Positions 34,788 through 43,283 of a DNA stretch of 47,004 nt are shown piece after piece (within the stretch, counting starts at the first letter, position 1; every line of letters begins with the position of its first letter). The DNA lies in IMG/VR virus record IMGVR_UViG_3300025324_000003, positions 1 to 47,004 of that record; one strand, written 5' to 3'. This stretch comes from a virus. The notes under the pieces were generated by a model, which saw only the letters and a program-made list of their open reading frames with translations, was not told the origin of the DNA and did no database searches. The position numbers and the translations under genes are program-made.

Positions 34788-36638
34788 ATGCGAGATCATG
34801 AACCGCTCGTCATCGGGAGTTTCAGAGGAACCTTCGACAGAGGAGAGGATGATACTTGTCCGATTGGGTTCTTTACAGACTCCAAGAACATACGGTTCAT
34901 TAAGGGAGGAGTAAAGACTAGGTATGGGTCTGCTCAGTCCATAACTATAGCCACAGTTAAAAGAGCTGCTGTCTATAAAATAGCTGGACAGGCCCAGCGC
35001 CTTCTCATTTTAGACAATACAGGGAAGCTATATGATTCGACTAATCTTGTAACTCCTATACTCAATATAGCGGCCATGACCGATTTCTCTATGGTCTCTA
35101 TTTTTGATCGAGCATATATTACGCCCCATGATGGAGTCACTGGATTGCCTGGAGAAAAAGTTTACGTTTATACTGGAGCAGGAGTTGCTAGAACTGCGGC
35201 TGGAACTGCTCCATCGGGTTTTACACTTGGTGCTGCCGATTCTGCTGGTTCAGGATCAGTCGAAGCAGGAATACATATCTTTGGCGTAGCTTATGAGACA
35301 GCTTCCGGCTTCATAACCGCGCCAGGAGGATTTAAGGAGTTTACATCTGTTGGCTCTAAAAAAGTCGACCTGAGCCTACTTCCGATAGGTGGGTCGTCAG
35401 TTGTAGCACGTTTGATAGTTGCTACTAAAAAACTTGCTGCTACTGCTGCTGGAGATTTTGATAATCAAACGTATTTCTTAGTCCCTGGAGGTCGAGTAGG
35501 CAATAATGTTGATACTACAGTAACGGTCAACTTTTTCAATGCTGACCTCTCCGATGATGCAACATATCTGTTAGAAGAGGTCGCGGAGATACCGGCTGGA
35601 GTAGGAATAGGACTCTATCGTGGTCGCATGATAGTTTGGGGAGAGAATGCTAATCAGGCTGTCGTGCGCGTCTCGACTAAGGGAAAGCCAGAGTCTTTTA
35701 ATTCTGTAGAAGGTTTCATTACTGTTAATCCTGGAGACTCTGGAGGAGGAGTTAAAAACTGCACTGAGTATCGCAATCAGCTTCTCATGTGTAAGTCTCA
35801 GAGAACTTACTTTTCAGTAGATAATGATAATGAGGCAGCATTTTGGGAGGTAGGCTCCATTGATATGAGCGTAGGGACGGAATGTCATGGCTTTGGACGG
35901 TCTTTAGATTTTGGGGAGAATATCGAAGATCATCTATTTGTAGCTGATCGTGCAGGTCTGAGATTATTCAATGGAATATTCTCAGAGGTGAATGTTCTTA
36001 CTTATAATATAGACGATATTTGGGGTAGGATAAATGAGCCCTATTTTAATACCGTCGAGGTTGCTGTTGATCCGATTGAGGCGCTTATCTATATAGCTGT
36101 GCCTCTCGACGCTTCGACTGCTCCTAATGTGATTTTATTTGGGGACTACTCGGAAGGTCTCAGTCTGGAAGCGATAAGGTGGACTGTATGGGATTTTCCG
36201 AAGGACACTCAAACCGTCGTAGTAGATGTTGTCAGTAGCGTGACTGTTATGAAGTTCGGCGCTCCTGACGGTAATATCTACGCAATGGATACAGCCTTAA
36301 CCTTAGACTTTAACAACGCGATAGAGAGCTATACAGAGTTTCCATTCTTACCGTTCGGAGAGTTTGATGATGTAATTAATCATTTTACTGGTGTTAGATT
36401 ACGAGTTAAGGGTAGTGGAATCCTTCAAATTACTGGAAAGGGACTAGACTCTGGTGCGACTTTTACTGCTTCGTCGATTATTTTATCGGCATCTCCTGGT
36501 AAGCCTTATTTTAAGGGATTTAACTTCGTCAGTGAGAGATGCTCTGTCAAGTTGAGGATGAATCTAGTTAACGAGGAATTTATTTTGACTAGGTTTGTTC
36601 AATTCGTCACGCCTATCTGGGAGGGAAGAGCGGAGTGA
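34788..36638 (+). CDS. Large tail structural protein (616 aa)
   Basis: Long ORF in the tail region. No family recognised. Confidence 0.6.
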   Translation: MRDHEPLVIGSFRGTFDRGEDDTCPIGFFTDSKNIRFIKGGVKTRYGSAQSITIATVKRAAVYKIAGQAQRLLILDNTGKLYDSTNLVTPILNIAAMTDFSMVSIFDRAYITPHDGVTGLPGEKVYVYTGAGVARTAAGTAPSGFTLGAADSAGSGSVEAGIHIFGVAYETASGFITAPGGFKEFTSVGSKKVDLSLLPIGGSSVVARLIVATKKLAATAAGDFDNQTYFLVPGGRVGNNVDTTVTVNFFNADLSDDATYLLEEVAEIPAGVGIGLYRGRMIVWGENANQAVVRVSTKGKPESFNSVEGFITVNPGDSGGGVKNCTEYRNQLLMCKSQRTYFSVDNDNEAAFWEVGSIDMSVGTECHGFGRSLDFGENIEDHLFVADRAGLRLFNGIFSEVNVLTYNIDDIWGRINEPYFNTVEVAVDPIEALIYIAVPLDASTAPNVILFGDYSEGLSLEAIRWTVWDFPKDTQTVVVDVVSSVTVMKFGAPDGNIYAMDTALTLDFNNAIESYTEFPFLPFGEFDDVINHFTGVRLRVKGSGILQITGKGLDSGATFTASSIILSASPGKPYFKGFNFVSERCSVKLRMNLVNEEFILTRFVQFVTPIWEGRAE

Positions 36639-38041
36639 GTGGAGTCCAGCTAGAAGTCACTACGTTGATTGAGAGTCTCAAGTTTGTTGAGCCTCGAATC
36701 TATCAGGCTCTGTCTCTACTTAATAAACAACTAGAAAGTATCAGGCAAGATTTAGATCCACTAATAGTTCAGTCTGTGATCGCTGCATCTGGGGTAGCTC
36801 TTATAGATCCGCCTGGAAATTTCACAGCACTCGCGACGGGGACTATAGTTAGATTTACGTGGACCGCAGCAACAGGAGCAACGAGTTACGAAATTCGTAA
36901 GGGAGCAGACTGGAATACTGCTACTTTTCAATTAAAAACTAATAATCTTCATGCTGATATCGATCCATTACTCTATGGAAGTCATACCTACCTTATAAAG
37001 TCTATAGACTCTGCCGGGAATTATTCCCTAACTTCTTCTCAAGTCATCTTTGTTGTCAATCAGATTCCAGCTCCAACTATTACGGTAAAGACTATTGATA
37101 ATAATGTCTTACTTAATTGGACCATCCCAACTTCTCAATTCAATATCAAGCATTATATCATTAAAAAAGATGCTGTCCAAACTGGTCTCGTAACATCTAC
37201 TTTTACAGCGTTTTTCGAGCTAGTCTCTGGAACTTACGTCTATTCTGTTATAGCAGTCGACATAGCAGGAAACGTCGGAACTGAGGCAACAATAGCTGGT
37301 ATCGTAAATCAGCCACCTGACTATGCTCTACAGGATAGCCGGATTAGTGCTTTAGGTGGGACGCGCGTAAATGTGATTCTTCTGACAGGCCCAAAGCTCC
37401 TTGCTAATTGGCTGACTGAAACATTTCAGGTTCATTTTACTGGTCGAACTTGGCTAACTCCTCAGAATCAAGTCGATGCCGGTTATCCTATTTATATCCA
37501 ACCGGCAGCGACTACAGGAAGCTATGAGGAAGTAATCGACTATGGAACGATACTTAGCAACGTCATTGCTGTTATAACCTATACTAAAAATCTTATTACT
37601 TCTGCTGCTGATGTTACAGTCCTAGTCCGAATGGCAGTCTCTGATGATGGAATTAGTTACTCAGCCTTCACTAATGGAGCCGCTCAATTTTTCTCGTCGG
37701 TTCGCTTTCTCAAATTTAGATTGGAATTCACTGGAGCTAGTGATAAAGCCCTAGCCGAGTTCTATGAGGTTAAGATTGATATTAGTGTCAAGAGAGAAAA
37801 TGATGGTGGTGAGATAGCTGCTATATCTACTGATGCTAATGGGACTGAGGTGACTTTTAACAAGGCTTTTAAGGACGTTGAGACTCTAACCGCCACCGTA
37901 AAATCGACTACTGAGCCATTTGTTACAGTCATAAGATTCGTCGATATTCCTAATCCCGTTTCATTTTTCGTCTATGCTTTTGACACTACGGGAAATCGGG
38001 TGTCTAAGACCGTTGAATGGAAAGCTCGTGGTATTATTTGA
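36635..38041 (+). CDS. Tail protein with Fn3-like repeats
   Basis: GTG start overlapping the upstream stop (GTGA). FTWTAATGATSYEIRKG and LLNWTIP...IKHYIIKKD segments resemble fibronectin type III modules of host-specificity proteins. Confidence 0.6.
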   Translation: MSGVQLEVTTLIESLKFVEPRIYQALSLLNKQLESIRQDLDPLIVQSVIAASGVALIDPPGNFTALATGTIVRFTWTAATGATSYEIRKGADWNTATFQLKTNNLHADIDPLLYGSHTYLIKSIDSAGNYSLTSSQVIFVVNQIPAPTITVKTIDNNVLLNWTIPTSQFNIKHYIIKKDAVQTGLVTSTFTAFFELVSGTYVYSVIAVDIAGNVGTEATIAGIVNQPPDYALQDSRISALGGTRVNVILLTGPKLLANWLTETFQVHFTGRTWLTPQNQVDAGYPIYIQPAATTGSYEEVIDYGTILSNVIAVITYTKNLITSAADVTVLVRMAVSDDGISYSAFTNGAAQFFSSVRFLKFRLEFTGASDKALAEFYEVKIDISVKRENDGGEIAAISTDANGTEVTFNKAFKDVETLTATVKSTTEPFVTVIRFVDIPNPVSFFVYAFDTTGNRVSKTVEWKARGII

Positions 38042-38952
38042 TGTGGCAAAGATGGAACTCTACAACTAAAATTTTTGAGAAGTCAGATAATGATGGGTCA
38101 AGTTGGACTCCTCTTGGTCTAGATGCAGCTATTATTACTGAGGGAGCATTAGCTAAAGCTAGACAGCATGCGCAGACGGCGTATAAGGATGAGACGAATG
38201 TTTTCTCTGTAACCCCACAGAAGATTTCGGCAACTAGGGCAGCGTATCAAGTTAATTCTAGTGGAACTCCAATAGGTCGATTGTTTCAGCATGACGCAGA
38301 CCATGTTGGAATGGCAGTTAATCTTTCATTTGATGGAGCGGATTGGAATCTAGATGATACAGCGAAGAAAGGAATTCTACTACTTCTCAATGCTGCTTCT
38401 GGGAGCTCGTTCTTCTATGAGGCATCAGTAGGAACGAATCCAAGAACACTAGTTGAGAACTTGCGTTTTCCTGGTGGCGGCGGAATAAAATTCCCAGCTA
38501 CTCAACTTGCTTCAGCTGATGCTAATGCTCTTGACGATTATGAAGAGGGATTTGGGAGTGCATGGACTCCAGTAATTGGCGGTGATGGCGGAGAAAGTGG
38601 GCAGACCTATGCGACACAAGTAGGGACTTATCTTAAGGTTGGCCGATTAGTTATAGCAACCTTTGGTTGGGAATTTAGTGCAAAGGGTACGATTACTGGA
38701 AATTTAGCGCTGAAGGGCCTTCCCTTCACAGCGTATAACCCAGCAGGAACTCAACGACCTGTTGGGCATCTTCATTGGTCTAGCTGGGCATCCTCTTTCG
38801 TGAATCTTAGTTTGGATGTGGAAGAGAATAGCACTAGAGCATATTTTCGTGGAGCAACAGCGGCAACCCAAACACCTAGCGTATTATCTACAGCAAACGT
38901 TGATGATAATTCAGGTGGATTTGGATCAATTATTTACTTAGCAAGCGCCTAA
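38041..38952 (+). CDS. Tail fibre-like protein
   Basis: The ATG at 38041 overlaps the upstream stop (TGATG). The N-terminus WNSTTKIFEKSDNDGSSWTPLGLD is typical of fibre N-termini. Confidence 0.6.
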   Translation: MWQRWNSTTKIFEKSDNDGSSWTPLGLDAAIITEGALAKARQHAQTAYKDETNVFSVTPQKISATRAAYQVNSSGTPIGRLFQHDADHVGMAVNLSFDGADWNLDDTAKKGILLLLNAASGSSFFYEASVGTNPRTLVENLRFPGGGGIKFPATQLASADANALDDYEEGFGSAWTPVIGGDGGESGQTYATQVGTYLKVGRLVIATFGWEFSAKGTITGNLALKGLPFTAYNPAGTQRPVGHLHWSSWASSFVNLSLDVEENSTRAYFRGATAATQTPSVLSTANVDDNSGGFGSIIYLASA

Positions 38953-38957
38953 AAGTT

Positions 38958-39218
38958 ATGGCACTCACAGAACAAACTCTCATTAGTCACATCGGCATTC
39001 TCGAAGATGGTCAGATTCAGATTCGACGTTCTCGCAGGATATTTGATGGTGAGGTAATGATTGCGGAAACCTATCATCGCCATGTCGTGGAACCAGGTCA
39101 GGATACATCCACAGAAGATAGCAGAGTCCGCTCTGTCTGCTCTGTTCTGTGGACACCAGCAGTCGTTACTGAGTTCCTACGCAAGCGAGCAGAGGCAGAA
39201 GCACGTAGGCCAATATGA
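38958..39218 (+). CDS. Hypothetical protein (86 aa)
   Basis: ORF following the fibre gene. Confidence 0.5.
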   Translation: MALTEQTLISHIGILEDGQIQIRRSRRIFDGEVMIAETYHRHVVEPGQDTSTEDSRVRSVCSVLWTPAVVTEFLRKRAEAEARRPI

Positions 39219-39451
39219 ATCTCATAAAGGAACCTGACAATAGAATAGTCATAATTCTGACTACCAGTGAGCAAAAGGTGATAGATTGGATTACTCTATC
39301 TAAGCTAAAGCTGTTTCTAGAAGACTTTCTCAAGCAACGCGAGACCAACATGAATACCATGCTCAGTATGGATTTTATTCGAGATTTTGATTCGATGTCT
39401 GAGTCAAAGAAAATCGAAGTTAAGGAGATAGTTAGGAGAAATAAGACATGA
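39215..39451 (+). CDS. Hypothetical protein (78 aa), AT-rich
   Basis: ATGA overlap with the upstream gene. GC is about 35%. Confidence 0.5.
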   Translation: MNLIKEPDNRIVIILTTSEQKVIDWITLSKLKLFLEDFLKQRETNMNTMLSMDFIRDFDSMSESKKIEVKEIVRRNKT

Positions 39452-39822
39452 AAATTTCCGTGTCGGACTTTCAATTTTCTAAGTTCGAGATTGAAGATAC
39501 AACTCTTAGTTCAGACGAAGAGCACGTGAAATTGCTGAGAGACGTTGTTAAGCTAATGCACGACTCTATCCCTATCCAGAAAATTGAAGTGACTCAGATA
39601 GTCGACGGAGTTTTTTATAAGATTGTTCTAGTAGATGGTAGACAATGGAAAAATAATATCTATTGTCTTCCAAGTAGTGGTAATTTAGATCCATTTCAAA
39701 CATTTAATATAACAGACCAATGGAGGCAAAGTGAATTCTCTCTTCATCGAGTCATAAGGGACCAGGTTATTCATCTGATAGCAGATCACGGCGTTACTTC
39801 TATCAAAATCGAACTGGCCTAA
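39448..39822 (+). CDS. Hypothetical protein (124 aa), AT-rich
   Basis: ATGA overlap with the upstream gene. Confidence 0.5.
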   Translation: MKISVSDFQFSKFEIEDTTLSSDEEHVKLLRDVVKLMHDSIPIQKIEVTQIVDGVFYKIVLVDGRQWKNNIYCLPSSGNLDPFQTFNITDQWRQSEFSLHRVIRDQVIHLIADHGVTSIKIELA

Positions 39823-40031
39823 TGATTATAACAGAATCTGAACTCTATCAAGTCATTGGTGAGCTTTTCGTTGCGCGTGCTAAAACTGACGTCCTTTATA
39901 AGCAAGCTCTTGTCCAGATAGAGGAGATGAGTAGAGTAATTAGTGTATTACGTAGAGAGATTGAGCTTCAAAATCTTGAGAAGAAAGAGCTAGAAGATGG
40001 CAAACTGGTCGGAACAGAGCGTAAAATATAA
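39822..40031 (+). CDS. Hypothetical coiled-coil protein (69 aa)
   Basis: The start overlaps the upstream stop. The 3' end overlaps the HNH start. Confidence 0.45.
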   Translation: MIITESELYQVIGELFVARAKTDVLYKQALVQIEEMSRVISVLRREIELQNLEKKELEDGKLVGTERKI

Positions 40032-40419
40032 GAGAGTTGATCCTCTTACTGGCTGCTGGCTTTGGATTGGCAACCATGATAGGTATGGATATCCTATTTT
40101 TGGATCTGGTAATGATAGGGTCCATGTTAGTAGACTCATACTTGGACTAACTAATAGCTCTATTTTTGCTTGTCATAAAAATAGCTGTCCTACAGGGAAT
40201 CGATGCTGGAATCCAGACCATTTATATTCTGGAACTGCTAAGGAAAATAGTCATGATATGATAGTTAAAGGAAATCATGTGAGTGGTTACGGAGCTGCTA
40301 AAGCTAATAAAACTCACTGTCCTCAAGGTCATGAGTATACACAAGAAAACATGGTAGACCAAAGATACGGTAGAAGGTGTAAGACCTGCTATCCCAAGGG
40401 ACACAAGTTAGTTAGATAG
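39997..40419 (+). CDS. HNH homing endonuclease (paralogue of 29724..30083)
   Basis: GCWLWIGNHDRYGYP...HVSRLILG...ACHKNSCPTGNRCWNPDHLYSGTAKENSHD, plus a C-terminal CPQGH...CKTC zinc ribbon. Confidence 0.8.
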   Translation: MANWSEQSVKYKRVDPLTGCWLWIGNHDRYGYPIFGSGNDRVHVSRLILGLTNSSIFACHKNSCPTGNRCWNPDHLYSGTAKENSHDMIVKGNHVSGYGAAKANKTHCPQGHEYTQENMVDQRYGRRCKTCYPKGHKLVR

Positions 40420-40432
40420 GAAGGGTAGCCAT
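39997..40432 (+). mobile_element. Putative 436-bp HNH insertion flanked by a 14-nt direct repeat (ATGGCAAACTGGTC / ATCGCAAACTGGTC)
   Basis: The repeat copies at 39997-40010 and 40433-40446 differ by 1 nt. Each sits at the start of an ORF, in frame. Confidence 0.45.
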
Positions 40433-40897
40433 ATCGCAAACTGGTCTAATCCTACAATAACGACTAATTACGACGTCTTCGTATCTGAGGCTAAAGATAG
40501 AGACGTTGACTCTGCGACTATGTTCTTGAGTGCTCCTACAAACCAACCGACCGGAGCTATCAGATACAATAGAAGCGATGATACGTTTGAAGAGTGGAGT
40601 GGAACTGCTTGGGTAGTCATTCCGATTGCAGTCGCTGGATATGGGACTGGCGCGGCTACGGCTGCTGGTGCTCGGACTAATCTTGGTATAGGGACGATGG
40701 GAGTTCAGAACTCTAATGCTATAGCTGTCACTGGTGGGACTATTACTGGCTTGACTCAGCTTGACATGAGTGCGTCTATAACTTTTGCGACTGACGCAAC
40801 CTACGACCTAGCTACATTCGCTAAGCAGGTGAGGAAAGGTTATTTCAAGGACGCTCTTGTTCTTCCTGTTGGCGTCGATAAATTTGCTACGTCTTAA
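40433..40897 (+). CDS. Tail fibre protein (N-terminal anchor type), apparently lacking a canonical start codon
   Basis: The first ATG is at 40520, but the frame is open from 40412. It encodes IANWSNPTITTNYDVFVSEAKDRDVDSAT upstream, continuing with PTGAIRYNRSDDTFEEWSGTAW and ARTNLGIG...VTGGTITG, the conserved fibre N-terminal pattern. AGGAAGGG lies 7 nt before the ATC at 40433. Confidence 0.6.
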   Translation: MANWSNPTITTNYDVFVSEAKDRDVDSATMFLSAPTNQPTGAIRYNRSDDTFEEWSGTAWVVIPIAVAGYGTGAATAAGARTNLGIGTMGVQNSNAIAVTGGTITGLTQLDMSASITFATDATYDLATFAKQVRKGYFKDALVLPVGVDKFATS

Positions 40898-40907
40898 GAG
40901 ATAGGAT

Positions 40908-41687
40908 ATGGCGAAGCTAGCAGGATCGTCTTGGATAGAAGGAAATTACTTTCATTATATCGACAACTCTAACCGTGAGTGGAGATTTGAAGGAACTTTA
41001 GTCAATGCGGCTGGAGCAGGAGCTAAGGCTGGATCAGCATGGGTAGAAGGAGTTGACTTACACTACGTCAATGAAGCAGCAACCAACGAATATAAGGTCT
41101 ACGGACCAGATCAGGGAGCTAAAGCTGGGGCAAAATCTGGATCTGCTTGGATAGAGAATACTCTAGCTGCTTGGATTAAAGAAGGAGCGACTAATAAATA
41201 TACAGGTCATGATGATGTTGCTCATACAGATTCTCATGGTGACGTAGCCCACGTAGATTCAGCTCATGGTGACATCGCGCATTCTGACGTAGCTCACGGA
41301 GATCATAGCGACCATAATGATGAAGGGCATACTGACACTCATAGCGATTCACATTCCGATAGTGCTCACAGTGATACTCACACTGACACTCATAGCGATA
41401 CTGGTCATGCCGATCTTCACTTCGACTTTTACGATGCCTTTGATCCACATGAAGATACTCATAATGATATCCCTCATACTGACTCTCATACTGATTCCCA
41501 CTCTGATGTAGCTCATGGAGATACAGCTCATGGAGACGCTCATACTAATGAGGCTCACGAGGACGCTACCCCTCATACTGATTCCCACTCTGACATCGCT
41601 CATACGGATGCTGCTCACGCTGATACTCATACTGATAGCCATTCTGATACAGCTCACATTGATAAACCAGAACTCATCGGTGCCTAG
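40908..41687 (+). CDS. His-Xaa-Asp repeat protein (259 aa), candidate radical-SAM substrate or distal fibre component
   Basis: The N-terminal region has three ~30-aa repeats (GS[SA]W[IV]E[GN]...). The C-terminal ~160 aa hold about 30 HxD triplets (AHTDSHGDVAHVDSAHGDIAHSD...THTDSHSDTAHID). Confidence 0.75.
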   Translation: MAKLAGSSWIEGNYFHYIDNSNREWRFEGTLVNAAGAGAKAGSAWVEGVDLHYVNEAATNEYKVYGPDQGAKAGAKSGSAWIENTLAAWIKEGATNKYTGHDDVAHTDSHGDVAHVDSAHGDIAHSDVAHGDHSDHNDEGHTDTHSDSHSDSAHSDTHTDTHSDTGHADLHFDFYDAFDPHEDTHNDIPHTDSHTDSHSDVAHGDTAHGDAHTNEAHEDATPHTDSHSDIAHTDAAHADTHTDSHSDTAHIDKPELIGA

Positions 41688-41688
41688 A

Positions 41689-42120
41689 ATGGACGACGAG
41701 AGACTCCTTAGCATTCTCGGTTTGCTCTATGGAGATGATAGGCCAGCTCTTGAGAATATTCGTGTCGTGTCTAGTCAGGATTATCCAGGCTCTAAGAGTG
41801 ATACTACCCAACCTAAAGCTTGGGCTAGATCAAATGATCCTAATATCTATTTAGATAGAGGACACGACATCTATAAGCTTGCAATGTCTGGAAACAAAAA
41901 TGCACAAAAAGCCTTAGCCGGGATCTTAGGCCACGAGCAATTTCACAAAAGGGTGACTATGGACGAAGGTCCGGCCTACGAAAAAGAGCTGGAAATCCTA
42001 AAATCTTTGCGCGCGAGTGGTTCTGAGCTTTCTCGCGTTAGAATGGCACAAAGACACGTAGATCCAAACTATCGAGTTCTCAAGTCTAAACCTTTCAATT
42101 CAATGGGATATCTCAGGTGA
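41689..42120 (+). CDS. Small HExxH-motif protein (143 aa), putative metallopeptidase
   Basis: The ATG at 41689 lies 1 nt after the upstream stop. Contains ILGHEQFHKR. The N-terminal part of ORF 41515.. is a repeat artefact. Confidence 0.55.
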   Translation: MDDERLLSILGLLYGDDRPALENIRVVSSQDYPGSKSDTTQPKAWARSNDPNIYLDRGHDIYKLAMSGNKNAQKALAGILGHEQFHKRVTMDEGPAYEKELEILKSLRASGSELSRVRMAQRHVDPNYRVLKSKPFNSMGYLR

Positions 42121-43283
42121 GCATAGAATATCTGCCATCCGGCGTCAAATGTAATCTCAAATGCTCCTATTGTTATCAGGAGCCTATGAGAGAGGCTGGG
42201 AATTTCTCTTCTCATGTTGACTTTGTGCGTGTGAAGGAAACCCTTTCTAAACAAGGAGATAGTTTCACCGTCTTCGGAGGAGAACCTCTACTTACTCCTC
42301 TGTATAGACTTGAGGAGATATTTCAATTTGGCTTTGATAAGTATGGGAAGAATGGAATCCAAACGAACGGACTCCTTATAACTGATAAGCATATTGATAT
42401 CTTTAGGAAATATAATGTCCACGTCGGTTTGTCTCTTGATGGTAAGGGTAAGTTAAACTCTCCTCGTTGTTGCACAGATGATACGGATAAAATCGTAAGA
42501 AACATCGAGAATCTCTTCTCCAATCATATAGACTGGTCTATAATTACGACGATTCACAGGTTAAATGGAAGTCAGATTGACGATCTAATCGATTTTCTTA
42601 AGTCTATGGAGTCTCTCGGGGCGCTCTCAGTCAATCTCCATAATCTAGAAATCGACTTTAGGGCGGATGGGATTACTTTGACTAAAGAAGAAAACTTAGA
42701 GATTTTCTTTCGGCTATATCAACACTCAAAAGAGTCTAATATCCCATATCATCCCTTTACCGACATTAGGGATAAGCTGACTGGTAGAGATGCACATTGC
42801 GTATGGAATAATTGTGATCCAATAACTACTCCAGCCGTCCAGGGGATCTCTGCAGATGGGTATCTGTCTAATTGCGGTCGAGTAAATAAGGATGGCGTTA
42901 ATTGGTTGAAACCAGAAGGACATGGAAGTGAGAGGTATCTAGCTCTTTGGAATATTCCTCTAGAATATGGGGGATGTAAAGATTGCAACTATTTCTTCGT
43001 CTGTGGAGGCCAATGTCCTGGGACAGCCATTGACGGAGATTGGCGTAATAAAACTAGGGATTGCTGGTTTTGGTATGAGCTTATTCGCTTGATAGAGAGA
43101 GATTTGAGTTTGATTAGTAACTATAGCGATAAAAATTTAGCTCTTGTTGAACGTATGTCTAATCCTAGCACTAATGACTCTCACGGCGACGTCCCACATG
43201 GCGATGGTCATGGTGACGAGCATGGAGATCATACTGATCGAACATATAAATCTCAAGGAGTATCGGTGGTATGGAGAGACTAG
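42117..43283 (+). CDS. Radical SAM enzyme with SPASM domain and a C-terminal HGD-repeat tail
   Basis: Contains CNLKCSYC (Cx3Cx2C), FGGEPLL, IQTNG and VGLSLDG. The SPASM signature is CKDCNYFFVCGGQC (Cx2Cx5Cx3C). The tail reads DSHGDVPHGDGHGDEHGDHTD. The GTG start overlaps the upstream stop. Confidence 0.85.
   Translation: MSIEYLPSGVKCNLKCSYCYQEPMREAGNFSSHVDFVRVKETLSKQGDSFTVFGGEPLLTPLYRLEEIFQFGFDKYGKNGIQTNGLLITDKHIDIFRKYNVHVGLSLDGKGKLNSPRCCTDDTDKIVRNIENLFSNHIDWSIITTIHRLNGSQIDDLIDFLKSMESLGALSVNLHNLEIDFRADGITLTKEENLEIFFRLYQHSKESNIPYHPFTDIRDKLTGRDAHCVWNNCDPITTPAVQGISADGYLSNCGRVNKDGVNWLKPEGHGSERYLALWNIPLEYGGCKDCNYFFVCGGQCPGTAIDGDWRNKTRDCWFWYELIRLIERDLSLISNYSDKNLALVERMSNPSTNDSHGDVPHGDGHGDEHGDHTDRTYKSQGVSVVWRD

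Noticed and set aside
41191-41714. Multiple long ORFs on both strands and in other frames over the HxD repeat region (41191..41448 minus, 41317..41511 plus, 41349..41714 minus, and the first 58 codons of 41515..42120)
   Set aside because: They are by-products of the CAY/GAY/WSN codon periodicity of the repeat, which removes stops in several frames. Their translations are low-complexity, with no Shine-Dalgarno or start context. The downstream gene is better started at the ATG at 41689.
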